A stretch of 64,000 bases of DNA from a virus (IMGVR_UViG_3300021431_004524:32001-96000); one strand, 5' to 3'; counted from the stretch's first letter, positions 37,601-47,564 are shown. Program-made: numbers and translations. Notes: a model not told the origin generated them from the sequence alone.

Positions 37601-40600
37601 GAAAATAACAATGAATACTCTTTATCAAATCTTACAGTAAGAAATATTAGGGTCGTTTTCCCAAAATCAAATGGATACGGCGAACAAGACCTTTTCGGAG
37701 ACCCATTCTATTATTTACAAAATAATAAATTAGCCGATTATAAGTTTGAAACAAACGATAATGATAGGAAACTTCGTCAGAAACGTGCAAAGGCTATTTT
37801 GTTTTTGCATGCTCTTAATTATGATTTGAGCAAGATACCACAATTTTTGAAAAGTACCAAGAAAAGTGGTGGTATATATTCTTTACCTTATGGCTATGTA
37901 TTATTATTAGGTGGATTACTTTGGAGAGACAATTTTATAAAAGAAAAAAAGATTGACCCAATACAAAGTGGTTCAGATGGTTATATAAAAGTAGGTGATA
38001 ATAATACACTGTTCGTTAAACTGAATGATGGACAGTATAGAATGTGTGCGCTTATGAATGACGACAAAAGGAAATATAATATTACTGTTTCTTCTTTATT
38101 TGGTGGTGGAAAGAATTGGAAACCGGACTATCATATAACAAATAAACTTATTAGTCTTTTCTTGAGATTTGTCGATAATGAATGGAGTCTCATTATGTCA
38201 AAACTTGAATTAAAAACAGTTGGTGTGGACAAAAAAACTGATGGTGTGGGTGATTATATATGTTCTACATTTAAAAAAGACGTTGCCAGTTTCAAGTATA
38301 ACATAGATGAAATATTAAACAATAAAAGAGATGTATACCTAAGAGACTTTAAGAAACTGATTAAAAAAAGTGCATGGACACTTTATCGCTTAAGGGTTGA
38401 ATATTTCAATAATTTCTTCGATAATTACCGATATATATGGGTTAAAAAAGAACATAGAAATGGTGATGGAAGAGGTTTAATGCTTCTTTTAAATGAAAGT
38501 AATAATGATGTACAAAGTATTTTAAAGAATTTATATACTAAAAGAGTAATTGTATGTGATTCAAGTGGATACTATTACACTTATGATGAAGACAGTAAGA
38601 ATAATGAAATTACTATAGGTAATGATGTATTTAATGCATATTTGTCAGGATTCCGTTCAAAAATTGAAGATATTGCAAATAATGAAAAAAACGACACAAA
38701 CGATGAATATGGCGAAAGTGATGTAACACTTAAGAGGGATATTGAGCTTTCGATGTATATGTATCTTAAAATATTATGGGATAGGTGGCTTGTATCTACT
38801 ACAAATAAAAAATTACCAGATGGTAGAATTATAAGTTATCAAGACTATTATAATGTAGAAAATTTCTATAATAGTTTTATATTCATTGATGCATTTTATT
38901 TGAATATATACAAGAAATTACTCATAAACTGCGAGTCACTTAAAAGGTCATATGATGGCCGTGATGAGGATGGCACATTATTCCAATTTATTGGTGATAT
39001 AACAAAAGACCATCATTGTCTGTTCCTTGCTTTGCCGGATTATGTGGATATGGGTAATGCTAAGGCTGAAAAAGCAATCAATTCAATGCAGAATATGTTC
39101 AGACCAATTCCATATTCAGAAATGAATGATGTTGAAACTGAAAATAGGTTCGTAATTATTTATTCGCCTAGAATGTCAGAAAACCCGACATCTGACAATG
39201 GCTATAGAGAGGATTATTTCAGGGTATGGAATCCGGTGACAAATGATTTCGACGAGAAAATGCCAACCGCTTTTACTAATACGCCGGTAACTGAAAATTC
39301 TGATTTAGTTTCAAGATATGGCTATTATGTTCCGTCATTCGGTGTCGCATTTAGTCGGCAGAACAACCATATATTCAAGAATATAAATTTGGATATGTCA
39401 ACGCCGCTTGTAACGTCTGCATCAATTAATGCGTTGTCACGTATAAGTCAAATTGGAAGTGCAAGCCCACATAAGGTCGCATTTATGGGTCAGGATTTAT
39501 ATCCGGTTTACAGTAACTATTCATACATTTGTGAAATAGAAATGATGGGTGATGCCCAAATTCAACCGTTGATGTATTTCCAATTGATGAATATACCTAT
39601 GTGGAGTGGTGTATATATGATTTTCAATGTCACACACACAATTTCAGCCGGAACTATGACAACAAGATTCAAGGGTATGAAATTGTCAAGAAATCCGGTT
39701 CCGTATAGTTCTTCATGGTTTGTGTTTAATCCTGATGCCTCTACATATGACCCATATGAAAGAGATGAGGAAGAAAATAATTATGACTGGGGTGATGGAA
39801 ATTTTGGTACAGGTGGAAATGTTTCTATTGATAGTTCTTATAATAGGGTTACTAACCCTAAAGACCATTTTTCTGAAAAGGTTAATAGGAGAGATTTTGG
39901 TGAGGAAGGTATTAAAAAAACGAAAGAAACTGTAAGTAAAAAATTACAGAATATATATAATTGCTTATATGAGGAAATAGCCTCATTACCAGAAAACAAG
40001 CCAACAATGAAGTGGAATGTACATATAATTTCATCAAAACGAGACAAAAACAGCAAAGCTGGCGTTGGAAGTAAGAGTTGTCATACAACAGGTAATGCGT
40101 TGGATTTATGTGTAACACATTTTGATGAGACCGGAAAAGTTAAAGAATATGTAAAAGACGGAAGTTCACAACCTGAATTATATAAAGTCATTGATATTCT
40201 TTGTTCTTTGCATAGAGATGAAATATATCAGATTTTGGGTGAGTTTTGGTCAACTGATGCTTTCATGCAGAATAGAGACAACTTTGCAATGATTCATTTT
40301 TCAGATAGACACAATATTGAAGGACACGGAAATCATACTAAGTTTATATGTCAACTTCATAGAAATGGAAAACTTAGTAGAGGGGAACGTAAAACGTTTA
40401 CAAGAATAAATAGAGACCATGACAAGGCGTGGTTTAATGCAAATGTACCTAAAGCATTTTTTGAAATTGCAAAGAAATTTTATCATGCTCTTGGTACATC
40501 CACATTTAGAAAAGAATTTGGTAATTATGGGGATTATACAGATAATGAACTTAACGCATTGTTTGGTTCACCGGTTACAAATGGAAATAGAAGTACACCA

Positions 40601-41152
40601 GTTAATTCTTCATTTAAGCAATGGTTCGAATGGAGTATGAGTTGGGAAGGCGGCTCAGGCGGAGTTACTAGTGTGGCTAAAAAACAATACAAAATAGATG
40701 GCGGCACATCAGACACACCCTCAATAGAAGATATTGCTTTTGTTAGTTTTTGGAAGGTTAATCATCTAGATGATATTAAAGATGCCAGTGTTGCTATTGC
40801 GTGTATGTATACAATATTTTGGACGGGTAATTGTGCCTTAATTATTGATGCAATAAATGGTACGCCCTATTTAAACTCAAAAAGTTGGCCGTGGAGACTT
40901 AAAATAAGCGATATTCAGACAATTAATAATTTTCAGCCACTAAAACTATTTAATAAAATTAAAAAACAAGCAGGAAACTTTATTTTAGACCCGCCATCAT
41001 GGGCAAGTTTACCTGGTGGTGGCGACCCTAAACCTGGTTGGAGAAGAAGATGGTTTTCTATTGATTATGGTCCATCTTTAATATCGAATGCCGGTATGGG
41101 AAATAAAAGATATAGCGAAGAAGATTTAAGAAATGCAATGTCAAAACTTTGA
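34637..41152 (+). CDS. Large baseplate hub / tail-associated lysin with C-terminal peptidase M15-like and GH108-like domains
   Basis: 2171 aa; hub-like YICEIEMMGDAQIQPLMYFQL...GVYMIFNVTHTI; SKR...SCHTTGNALD...IHFS (M15); WEGG...FWK...GWRRR (GH108-like). Confidence 0.65.
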   Translation: MANSEKNIVHQKDRIFYVEPNDIYGSVDGVPLTPDYSDYCISVNLIAEIVTRYRQSGEDKTMALTVSYSGAPGEESSNKWVSFLKGEDAKIFGGEGNFLTTYYTDIDYDDIVKKNIVEGLGIESIQISFESYYTPTVVIKFIDVRGSSLFGREEAVHESGEELSSSSVFGAFFTIPYPKFKLQVKGFYGHGVTYQLTCSNFKASFNSQTGNFEAVATFIGYSYSLLTDIPLRYLVAAPYCKYVGEKYWEEHLNTPAWALSGGERPMKLFKLIDKIKSFLDDNKINEKLMTDEQTEIKNNISNEKAQLTTLATTYKEYVEALKGLNKTSSSLRIIRGEGENDEQLLIFSPSQENEVTDKLILASQAFINAFDTYNSSNNGKAFSNSLLPNSKHDIFEANRRIIFGKLCKVTRTDNKITGVTFNCTEQSSEGIKTIELNNNNKPSDEVARCLFEDSHPEDGDIKSYFSDYCYLVNLNKFLDKINERIENLNKEDKEINKQIAENVQTKAAYKLGFTPYIGDIFKIIMCHLETFIKIMWECYNNITKSDRSPGYLNVPLESTDFVNLDKNKGQIGAWPGLFNNGKKTDQGGDEDKSIEYLAWVGDFSHNFEEEKVIIELYKAVKKIAPGEPLEPKPVTMVAGLPVMPNDVNNIDTVFGESIENNISSLAGYLSFRAAQIFGILLKEKASTELASSLGKMDAYNFFTCLQSRSELKNTYINAESGNSLENILNGVSKCSNDFDSFCNKTYQETDKTRHSFETVYKIAQNYNNRDRHPLFKDEGSNLKYVHYYTLNNVGLVPDKLTSYKEYRNIFEYKYDKEKPYFLFNRKTDTSSTSEFLHKSSCKALFTNIGKVDEDKEDLYKVEKYINDDMFNVIVNPEISNSIKKKYDEIKSGTFTIYGDEFTDDFSNVLEKLWHVEDSDYGVFFNGNTSMLSKPFADFDIKEEELYPLMKDKINDDKAPSSVDNEKLFNIDGKTITYSVNDGNGRWVDENNNEYSLSNLTVRNIRVVFPKSNGYGEQDLFGDPFYYLQNNKLADYKFETNDNDRKLRQKRAKAILFLHALNYDLSKIPQFLKSTKKSGGIYSLPYGYVLLLGGLLWRDNFIKEKKIDPIQSGSDGYIKVGDNNTLFVKLNDGQYRMCALMNDDKRKYNITVSSLFGGGKNWKPDYHITNKLISLFLRFVDNEWSLIMSKLELKTVGVDKKTDGVGDYICSTFKKDVASFKYNIDEILNNKRDVYLRDFKKLIKKSAWTLYRLRVEYFNNFFDNYRYIWVKKEHRNGDGRGLMLLLNESNNDVQSILKNLYTKRVIVCDSSGYYYTYDEDSKNNEITIGNDVFNAYLSGFRSKIEDIANNEKNDTNDEYGESDVTLKRDIELSMYMYLKILWDRWLVSTTNKKLPDGRIISYQDYYNVENFYNSFIFIDAFYLNIYKKLLINCESLKRSYDGRDEDGTLFQFIGDITKDHHCLFLALPDYVDMGNAKAEKAINSMQNMFRPIPYSEMNDVETENRFVIIYSPRMSENPTSDNGYREDYFRVWNPVTNDFDEKMPTAFTNTPVTENSDLVSRYGYYVPSFGVAFSRQNNHIFKNINLDMSTPLVTSASINALSRISQIGSASPHKVAFMGQDLYPVYSNYSYICEIEMMGDAQIQPLMYFQLMNIPMWSGVYMIFNVTHTISAGTMTTRFKGMKLSRNPVPYSSSWFVFNPDASTYDPYERDEEENNYDWGDGNFGTGGNVSIDSSYNRVTNPKDHFSEKVNRRDFGEEGIKKTKETVSKKLQNIYNCLYEEIASLPENKPTMKWNVHIISSKRDKNSKAGVGSKSCHTTGNALDLCVTHFDETGKVKEYVKDGSSQPELYKVIDILCSLHRDEIYQILGEFWSTDAFMQNRDNFAMIHFSDRHNIEGHGNHTKFICQLHRNGKLSRGERKTFTRINRDHDKAWFNANVPKAFFEIAKKFYHALGTSTFRKEFGNYGDYTDNELNALFGSPVTNGNRSTPVNSSFKQWFEWSMSWEGGSGGVTSVAKKQYKIDGGTSDTPSIEDIAFVSFWKVNHLDDIKDASVAIACMYTIFWTGNCALIIDAINGTPYLNSKSWPWRLKISDIQTINNFQPLKLFNKIKKQAGNFILDPPSWASLPGGGDPKPGWRRRWFSIDYGPSLISNAGMGNKRYSEEDLRNAMSKL

Positions 41153-41178
41153 AATTTCATAAAAAAGTAGTATATTTG
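41148..41178 (+). promoter_or_regulatory. Bacteroidetes-type promoter
   Basis: TTTG-N19-TATATTTG. Confidence 0.65.
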
Positions 41179-41201
41179 CTTCGTAAGTGAAATACTATAT
41201 C

Positions 41202-41819
41202 ATGCAAAAGTTAGCAAATATTGTAACAAAAGGTAGAAAAAGTGATTTTAGTGAAATATATAATGTGGTAAGTTCGTGTGAAGGAATTGACATGAATTTA
41301 CCCACTTTGTATATAGGGTTATCAACTGCCAAGAAGTGTATTGAAAATTTCTCGATACTTCAAAAGCATTATAAGGAACAGAACTGTTGGTGGACGTTTT
41401 CCAAGACGGAAAGAAGAAACGACTATCTCAATGATATAGAGAAATTCCAAGAGGATGTAATACTTGATGCTTTGAAATCAATTAAATATGAATATGTAAA
41501 TTTTATTAGATACAAAAGAAGTAGGATTGCCAATTTCATAAGGTATATGTATTCATCAACGGAGAAAATATGTTTTCTTACGAGGGAAAGTAATTTTCTG
41601 TTTATATATGATACAAAATTAAGGACAATATTTGGTTTGTCTTTGACATTATGTGAATATTGCGGTGTTAATAAATCTAAAATAATCACTAAAATTAAGT
41701 CAAACACTAACAATGTATTCATAAACGGTATATCATTTTTAAATTCAGATATTAAGCGTATAATTGGTAGCAACACACACTATATATTACCCTTATATTG
41801 TTATTTTAGGGAAAAGTAA
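41202..41819 (+). CDS. Hypothetical protein (start ATG 41202 or GTG 41187)
   Basis: About 205-aa ORF directly after a host-type promoter. Confidence 0.7.
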   Translation: MQKLANIVTKGRKSDFSEIYNVVSSCEGIDMNLPTLYIGLSTAKKCIENFSILQKHYKEQNCWWTFSKTERRNDYLNDIEKFQEDVILDALKSIKYEYVNFIRYKRSRIANFIRYMYSSTEKICFLTRESNFLFIYDTKLRTIFGLSLTLCEYCGVNKSKIITKIKSNTNNVFINGISFLNSDIKRIIGSNTHYILPLYCYFREK

Positions 41820-41850
41820 CTATTTATTATTATAAATAAGGTATAATACG

Positions 41851-42138
41851 ATGCCACAGAGATTTATATTAAAAAACCAACATAGAAAAGTAGTACGTCC
41901 TGCAAGCAGATATTTGTCTGCTAATAATACAGTCGTATCTAACAATAGTGAAAATAAAAAAGTTAATGAAGAGACTAAAATGAATAATGTAGAAAAGTTA
42001 AAATCAATCATAGGCGATGATGCCAAACTTCCAAAGAGAAGGGTAAAGTTTGAGAAAAAGGACAAGGGTCTTATTGAACGTACAGAGGATAGTACAATTC
42101 TCATTACGGAAGATAATAAAATGATGCTTAATGATTAA
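41851..42138 (+). CDS. Small hypothetical protein (late, possibly head-associated)
   Basis: Preceded by TATTTATT; ends KGLIERTEDSTILITEDNKMMLND. Confidence 0.65.
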   Translation: MPQRFILKNQHRKVVRPASRYLSANNTVVSNNSENKKVNEETKMNNVEKLKSIIGDDAKLPKRRVKFEKKDKGLIERTEDSTILITEDNKMMLND

Positions 42139-42140
42139 TC

Positions 42141-42965
42141 ATGTCTGTTGATAAAGAGTTACTTAAAAAATATCATCTTGAGGAAGCGCAAAAACGTTTC
42201 CAACAGATTAGTGAATATACTTTCATAACCAAGCCGATGCTTGATGAGGATGGAGATGACGATGACCAACAGCAGAATCCTATGGGTGGTCAGGATGGAA
42301 ATCAGCCTCCAATGCAGCAAGGTGGCGGCAATGATATGCCACAAGGTGATATGAATGGTGGTTCTGACGGTCAGCAGCCGCCTATGAGTGATGGTAAGGA
42401 GCCTCCACAAGACGGTGGCGGAATGCCGCAAGACAATGCGCCCGAAGGTGGTGAAGAAATGAATGTTGATTTTGAGCCTGGTGATGAAGGTCAAGATGCT
42501 GAAGGTGGTGATGATAATGTTGACTCAATGCAAGACGGTGATGAAGTGATTGATGTTGATGAACTTACCAATGCACAGGAAACAACAGAGGTTAAGATTG
42601 ACGGTGTTAATGATAAATTGCAAGATTTATTGGCTGTAACCACTAAATTTATTGCGGCAGTTGACCAAAACAACAAGAAGATTGACGATTTGAGAGCTGA
42701 ATTTGAAAAACGTAATCCATCAGAGGAAGAAAAAATTAACATTCGTTCACAAGCATCAGCACCATATTCTGAAACACCGAAAGACTTCTGGGATAAAAAG
42801 TCACAAAATTCAAATTATAATGTAATTTACAATAATGATGTTGACCCAGATAAGGAAGAAACGGAATATGTAATTAAGAAAGGTGATGTTACCGGCGGCG
42901 ATGACCGTTCTCTTGCAAAATCCCTTGAATATCCTTCAAAATTGAAAGATTTTTTGGATTTTTAA
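42141..42965 (+). CDS. Acidic low-complexity protein (prohead core/scaffold-like)
   Basis: Q/G/D/P-rich disordered region followed by a coiled coil. Confidence 0.55.
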   Translation: MSVDKELLKKYHLEEAQKRFQQISEYTFITKPMLDEDGDDDDQQQNPMGGQDGNQPPMQQGGGNDMPQGDMNGGSDGQQPPMSDGKEPPQDGGGMPQDNAPEGGEEMNVDFEPGDEGQDAEGGDDNVDSMQDGDEVIDVDELTNAQETTEVKIDGVNDKLQDLLAVTTKFIAAVDQNNKKIDDLRAEFEKRNPSEEEKINIRSQASAPYSETPKDFWDKKSQNSNYNVIYNNDVDPDKEETEYVIKKGDVTGGDDRSLAKSLEYPSKLKDFLDF

Positions 42966-42996
42966 CGTAAAAAAATAACTAATATAAGATATTTAT

Positions 42997-43035
42997 ATAC
43001 AGTAACTGGGAAAAATAACCGGTTACTGTATTTTT
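42997..43035 (+). terminator. Intrinsic terminator
   Basis: ATACAGTAACTGG-9 nt-CCGGTTACTGTAT plus T run. Confidence 0.75.
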
Positions 43036-43048
43036 ATATATGTAAAAT

Positions 43049-43079
43049 TTTGTAAATTGAAAAAAATGCAGTACATTTG
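43049..43079 (+). promoter_or_regulatory. Bacteroidetes-type promoter for the SSB/recombination operon
   Basis: TTTG-N19-TACATTTG. Confidence 0.7.
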
Positions 43080-43124
43080 CAATGTAATGATAATATAATA
43101 TAAACTATAAATAATTTTAACAAA

Positions 43125-44264
43125 ATGTCAGAACAAATTAAGTTAAATGTAAACACAAGCGCAGAGGAAATTTTGAGACAGCGCAGAGCAATTCAAGAAA
43201 GCAAAGAAAAACCGCAAGTTAAGAAAAAGTTCGAGTTTGATGAAAAGAATTATCTTAACTTACGTCTTAAAGAGGGTGAAACACAGAAGAAAGTTACAGT
43301 TAGAATTCTACCTGTAAGTGCTGATGACCCAAACACATTCCTAATTCTTCACACACATTCAATGAAAGTATCCAATGAAATATCCAAGAGTGGATACAAG
43401 TCGTTTATTTGCCTTAACGAAGAGAAATTACCTAATCATGACGGACGTGGTTGCCCATTGTGCCAGAAGTCTGCTGAACTTCTCAAACAGAGTAATGAAA
43501 TTCCTAATGACGCAGCACATAAGGATGAGAGAAAAGCATTATTTAAGCAGGGAATGCAATATCATTCAAAGGAAACATTTATTGTTCGTGTAATTGAAAG
43601 AGGTCATGAGGATGAGGGTGTTAAATTCTGGCGTTTTAACGCTCATAATGACGGAACCGGTATTTATGACCAATTGATGTCTATTTTTGACAACAGAGCA
43701 CAGGAATCAATTGATAACGGTGATGCTTACTATAGGTTAGAAAGTTATACTGATGAAAAAGGTGCCGGTATTGGGTATATTAAAATAGACAAAGAAGAAT
43801 ATGATTTACTTTCTGATGATGAACGTACTATTATTCCTTATAATGTATTTGATTTGAATAATGGTAAGGATTTCATTATTACGCTTCAGTATGTTAAGAG
43901 TACGGATAAGACAACACTTACAATTAGTGATGCCGGAAAGGAAACCCCACTTTCAAAGGATATAAATAAGGCATTGTCTTGGGTAAATGACGAGAAAACT
44001 TGGGCAGATTTATATTCAATGAAACCTTTTGAATATATTGACCTTATAGCCAATGGAAAAGTACCGTTCTTCGATAAGAACAAAGAAAAGTGGGTTGATA
44101 AGGCAACAGTAAGTGAGGAAGATATTGCGGCTGCTGAAGCACGTAAGATACTTGAAAACGGTGGTAAAAACACACAGACGGCTAAGACTGAAGAGAAAAC
44201 AAAAGATATAAATACTTCTCCACAGTTGGAAGATGAAGCGGAAGGTGATGATTTACCATTCTAA
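43125..44264 (+). CDS. Single-stranded DNA-binding protein (T4 gp32-like)
   Basis: VRILP, H...C...CPLC Zn site, FDLNNGKDFII, acidic tail ending DDLPF. Confidence 0.85.
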   Translation: MSEQIKLNVNTSAEEILRQRRAIQESKEKPQVKKKFEFDEKNYLNLRLKEGETQKKVTVRILPVSADDPNTFLILHTHSMKVSNEISKSGYKSFICLNEEKLPNHDGRGCPLCQKSAELLKQSNEIPNDAAHKDERKALFKQGMQYHSKETFIVRVIERGHEDEGVKFWRFNAHNDGTGIYDQLMSIFDNRAQESIDNGDAYYRLESYTDEKGAGIGYIKIDKEEYDLLSDDERTIIPYNVFDLNNGKDFIITLQYVKSTDKTTLTISDAGKETPLSKDINKALSWVNDEKTWADLYSMKPFEYIDLIANGKVPFFDKNKEKWVDKATVSEEDIAAAEARKILENGGKNTQTAKTEEKTKDINTSPQLEDEAEGDDLPF

Positions 44265-44270
44265 ATAAAG

Positions 44271-44307
44271 TAATAACCGGTCTAATAATTGGTTAGACTG
44301 GTTATTA
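44271..44307 (+). terminator. Hairpin after the SSB gene (terminator or processing site)
   Basis: TAATAACCGGTCTAA-7 nt-TTAGACTGGTTATTA. Confidence 0.6.
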
Positions 44308-44342
44308 TATAAAAATAAAAGAATTATGGTTTTTACTTATTA

Positions 44343-44957
44343 ATGAGTAAATTTTATTACTATTTTGGGTCAATGTCAAGTGGTAAAACTGCTTTGCTAT
44401 TGATGAAAGCACATTCATTTGAAGAACGTGGTATTTCATTTTTGTGTATAAAGCCGTCAATTGATGACAGAGACGGCGAAGATATAATCAAATCGAGAAT
44501 CGGTTTATCGAGAGAGTGTATTTCATTTGATGCAACACATAATTTATATAAGTTTATTGACAACTATATTGTAAATGTACAACTTCAAGGCTATGACAAA
44601 CCAAGGTGGATACTTGTGGATGAGTGTCAGTTCTTAACGAAAGAACAAGTCGACCAACTTGCAGAGGTCGTTGATAATTTGGATGTAAATGTCATGTGTT
44701 ATGGTCTGAGGACTGATTTCAAGACTGATTTCTTTGAAGGCTCTAAGAGATTAATGGAAATTGCAGACGATATAGAAGAGTTAAAATCATCTTGCGGTTG
44801 TGGTAGGAAAGCCATAGTTAATGCAAGGATTGATGCCTTTGGAAATATAGTCAGTGACGGTGAACAAATTGAAATTGGTGGAAATGACAAATATATTTCA
44901 CTTTGCAGAAAATGTTATCATACATTGTTAGAGAAACAGAAAAAAGAAAAAATGTAA
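44343..44957 (+). CDS. tdk: Thymidine kinase
   Basis: GSMSSGKT, KPSIDDR, LVDECQFL, YGLRTDF..FFEGS, IEIGGNDKYISLCRKCY. Confidence 0.95.
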   Translation: MSKFYYYFGSMSSGKTALLLMKAHSFEERGISFLCIKPSIDDRDGEDIIKSRIGLSRECISFDATHNLYKFIDNYIVNVQLQGYDKPRWILVDECQFLTKEQVDQLAEVVDNLDVNVMCYGLRTDFKTDFFEGSKRLMEIADDIEELKSSCGCGRKAIVNARIDAFGNIVSDGEQIEIGGNDKYISLCRKCYHTLLEKQKKEKM

Positions 44958-44985
44958 ATATAAACTAATTTAAAGTTAAAAAATT

Positions 44986-46113
44986 ATGGCACAACCAATT
45001 AAAAAAGGAGCAGGTATTAAAACCTTGTCAAAAGAAGAAAAGTTAGCAGCATTAAAAGCGTTTAAAAATGAAAATAATCTTAGTGGTGCTAAGGAGAAAG
45101 AATTATCGTGGTTCATATTGCCGGAGGCTTTCCAAGATGCTACAAGACTTCCTGGTATTCCGCAAGGCTATGTTAGCGCAATAAGGGGTCATTCAAATAC
45201 CGGTAAGAGTACAATTAAACTTGAATTGATTAAGGCTGCACAAAGACAGGGCGTTATTCCTGTTGTTTTTGAACTTGAAAACAATTTTGCATGGCAGCAT
45301 GCCAAGGACATTGGTGTAAATATTGAGGAATATGTAGATGAGGAAACCGGAGAAGTTACATATGGTCCTGGTGATGATATGCTGTATTACGATACTACCA
45401 AATTATATGAAATATACGGCAAATTCGACCATGAGCATGGAAAGTGGTTACAGAAAGCAAACCGTGAAACATATGTCATTGAGGACGTTGCAATGTGTAT
45501 TAAGGATTTGATACGTAAACAGAGGGAAGGTAAACTTCCTTTCGATATGGTCTTCATTGTTGATAGTATTGGTGTTGGCGATTGTTATAGGGCTGCTGCT
45601 AACAATTCAAGTAATAATATGTGGTATGCAAATGCAGTATCAACAGCATTTAACACAATTGTTAATGACCTTATTCCTTCTTCAAGAAATATTAATTCTG
45701 AATATACTAACAGTATGTTTGTGATTAATAAGATTTGGGTTGAGAATACTGCTATTGGACTTCCTTCGGCAAAAAGTAAGGGTGGTATTGCCTTAACTTA
45801 TGCTTATAGACTTCTTCTGTATGTCGGTGGTATTGCAAGTGCAAGTGTTAAAGCATTGACCGCTACATCTGGTGGAAAGGAATATCAGTATGGTGTCAAG
45901 ACAAAGATTAAGGTTGAGAAGAATCATATTAATAATCTGACTTATACCGGTGAAATTTGTTCATTACAACAAGGTTTGTGGAATCCGGACAAGTTGGATG
46001 AATACAAGAAAGAATATGCACAGTTTATCAAGGAAAAACTCGCAGAAACTAACAAGATTAGTCTTGATGAGGTTGGTGATATTACGTTTGAAGAGGTTGA
46101 TAAAGAGGAATAA
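44986..46113 (+). CDS. RecA/UvsX-like recombinase
   Basis: GIPQG...Walker A GHSNTGKST, Walker B FIVDSIG, KGG.AL, KIKVEKNH. Confidence 0.85.
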   Translation: MAQPIKKGAGIKTLSKEEKLAALKAFKNENNLSGAKEKELSWFILPEAFQDATRLPGIPQGYVSAIRGHSNTGKSTIKLELIKAAQRQGVIPVVFELENNFAWQHAKDIGVNIEEYVDEETGEVTYGPGDDMLYYDTTKLYEIYGKFDHEHGKWLQKANRETYVIEDVAMCIKDLIRKQREGKLPFDMVFIVDSIGVGDCYRAAANNSSNNMWYANAVSTAFNTIVNDLIPSSRNINSEYTNSMFVINKIWVENTAIGLPSAKSKGGIALTYAYRLLLYVGGIASASVKALTATSGGKEYQYGVKTKIKVEKNHINNLTYTGEICSLQQGLWNPDKLDEYKKEYAQFIKEKLAETNKISLDEVGDITFEEVDKEE

Positions 46114-46135
46114 TTAACTTAAATTTGATGAAAAG

Positions 46136-46435
46136 ATGAAATTGACTTTAAAAAAAGAGGCTGAGTTTGAATTTAATGAAAGTAAGTACACTGCAATTCC
46201 GAGCGAAGTGTTTACTACGTTGGTAGGTGAACCTGATGATAGTTGCCTTAGTGACACAAAACTACCGGAGATGGTAATGTTTGAAAACAAGGCTGATTAT
46301 ATCAAAACCGCAAAATTGCATGACATAGACTATAATAGAAGCATCTATGTTTCGAGTAAAGGACAGATTTTATGTTATTTGAATACTTTTTCAAGTGATG
46401 AGTCAACCAATTCCGAAGAAAGTAAAGGAGAATAA
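46136..46435 (+). CDS. Hypothetical protein
   Basis: 99-aa ORF inside the operon. Confidence 0.6.
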   Translation: MKLTLKKEAEFEFNESKYTAIPSEVFTTLVGEPDDSCLSDTKLPEMVMFENKADYIKTAKLHDIDYNRSIYVSSKGQILCYLNTFSSDESTNSEESKGE

Positions 46436-47558
46436 TCCTAATTTGGGTGTTAAGACGTTTAATACACTACTTGTGGACGGTTCCAATATTCTGGAACTGT
46501 CCTCACTTGGTGATAAGACGATTTCAAGTAATGGAAAACAAGTCGGTGGGATACAGCAGTTTCTTTTGCAGATAAAGATTCTGATGATGAAAGCCAATTT
46601 TAGATATGTATATGTGTTCTGGGATGGAGATAACTCAGGATATTATAGATATCTTGTTAATGAGCAATATAAGAGTAACCGTGACAAGAATTTTATTGTT
46701 GATGATGGGCTTTCTGACTATATGAAAGAGTTCAATGCGAACATTAAACGTATGCAGAACTACATTTTCAATAAGAAAAATAAGGAAAAAACCGACCAAC
46801 AGAAGAAAGACAAGGAAATATTCTATGAACAGCGTGAAATTATAATGTCTTGTCTTGAAGAATTGTTTGTAAGGCAAGTAGTTTGTGACAAAGTTGAGGC
46901 TGATGACCTTATTGGATATTATGTTAAGAATAAAAAACCCAACGAACGTATTGTGATAATGTCAAACGATAGGGATTTGACGCAATTGATTGCCGATGAC
47001 GTAATTATATATATTCAAAGTACCAAGAAGTTCATTAATAAGAAGAATCATACAGAGGAAATGGGTTATTATTATGAGAATGTGTTACTTAAAAAGATGA
47101 TATGTGGTGATGCATCTGATAGTATTAAGGGTATAAAGGGTGTCGGTGAAATAACCTTATTCAAAAATTTCCCACAATTAAAAGAAAGGAAAGTAGAACT
47201 TGAAGAAATTATCGATGGTGCAAGGAAAATCAATGAGGAACGTGCAAAATTAAAACAAAAGCCTCTTCAATGGGCAAAAAACATCGTAGAAGGTATTACA
47301 GATGGTGCTCAAGGTGACAGAATTTATGAGATTAACAAAAAAATCATTGATTTGAAGAATCCGTTGATGACCGATGAAGCAAAAGAAATAATGGATAGTA
47401 TGATGTATGCCCCCATTGACCCTGAAGGACGAAGTTATGACAATTTATACAAAATTTTGTGTGATGCGGGCGTGGATGATTTGAAAGACCCTACCAGATT
47501 TAGTAATTTTTTTATAGAATATGCATATTTGATTGACAAAGAGAAGAAAAATTCGTAA
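46398..47558 (+). CDS. 5'-3' exonuclease / flap endonuclease (T4 RNase H-like)
   Basis: LLVDGSN, VFWDG, YKSNR, EADDLIG, SNDRDLTQL, GDASDSIKGIKGVGE. Confidence 0.9.
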   Translation: MSQPIPKKVKENNPNLGVKTFNTLLVDGSNILELSSLGDKTISSNGKQVGGIQQFLLQIKILMMKANFRYVYVFWDGDNSGYYRYLVNEQYKSNRDKNFIVDDGLSDYMKEFNANIKRMQNYIFNKKNKEKTDQQKKDKEIFYEQREIIMSCLEELFVRQVVCDKVEADDLIGYYVKNKKPNERIVIMSNDRDLTQLIADDVIIYIQSTKKFINKKNHTEEMGYYYENVLLKKMICGDASDSIKGIKGVGEITLFKNFPQLKERKVELEEIIDGARKINEERAKLKQKPLQWAKNIVEGITDGAQGDRIYEINKKIIDLKNPLMTDEAKEIMDSMMYAPIDPEGRSYDNLYKILCDAGVDDLKDPTRFSNFFIEYAYLIDKEKKNS

Positions 47559-47564
47559 ATTTAT

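Noticed and set aside
42250-42545. Q/G/D-rich repeats as a DNA repeat element
   Set aside because: Low-complexity protein coding sequence without exact nucleotide periodicity.
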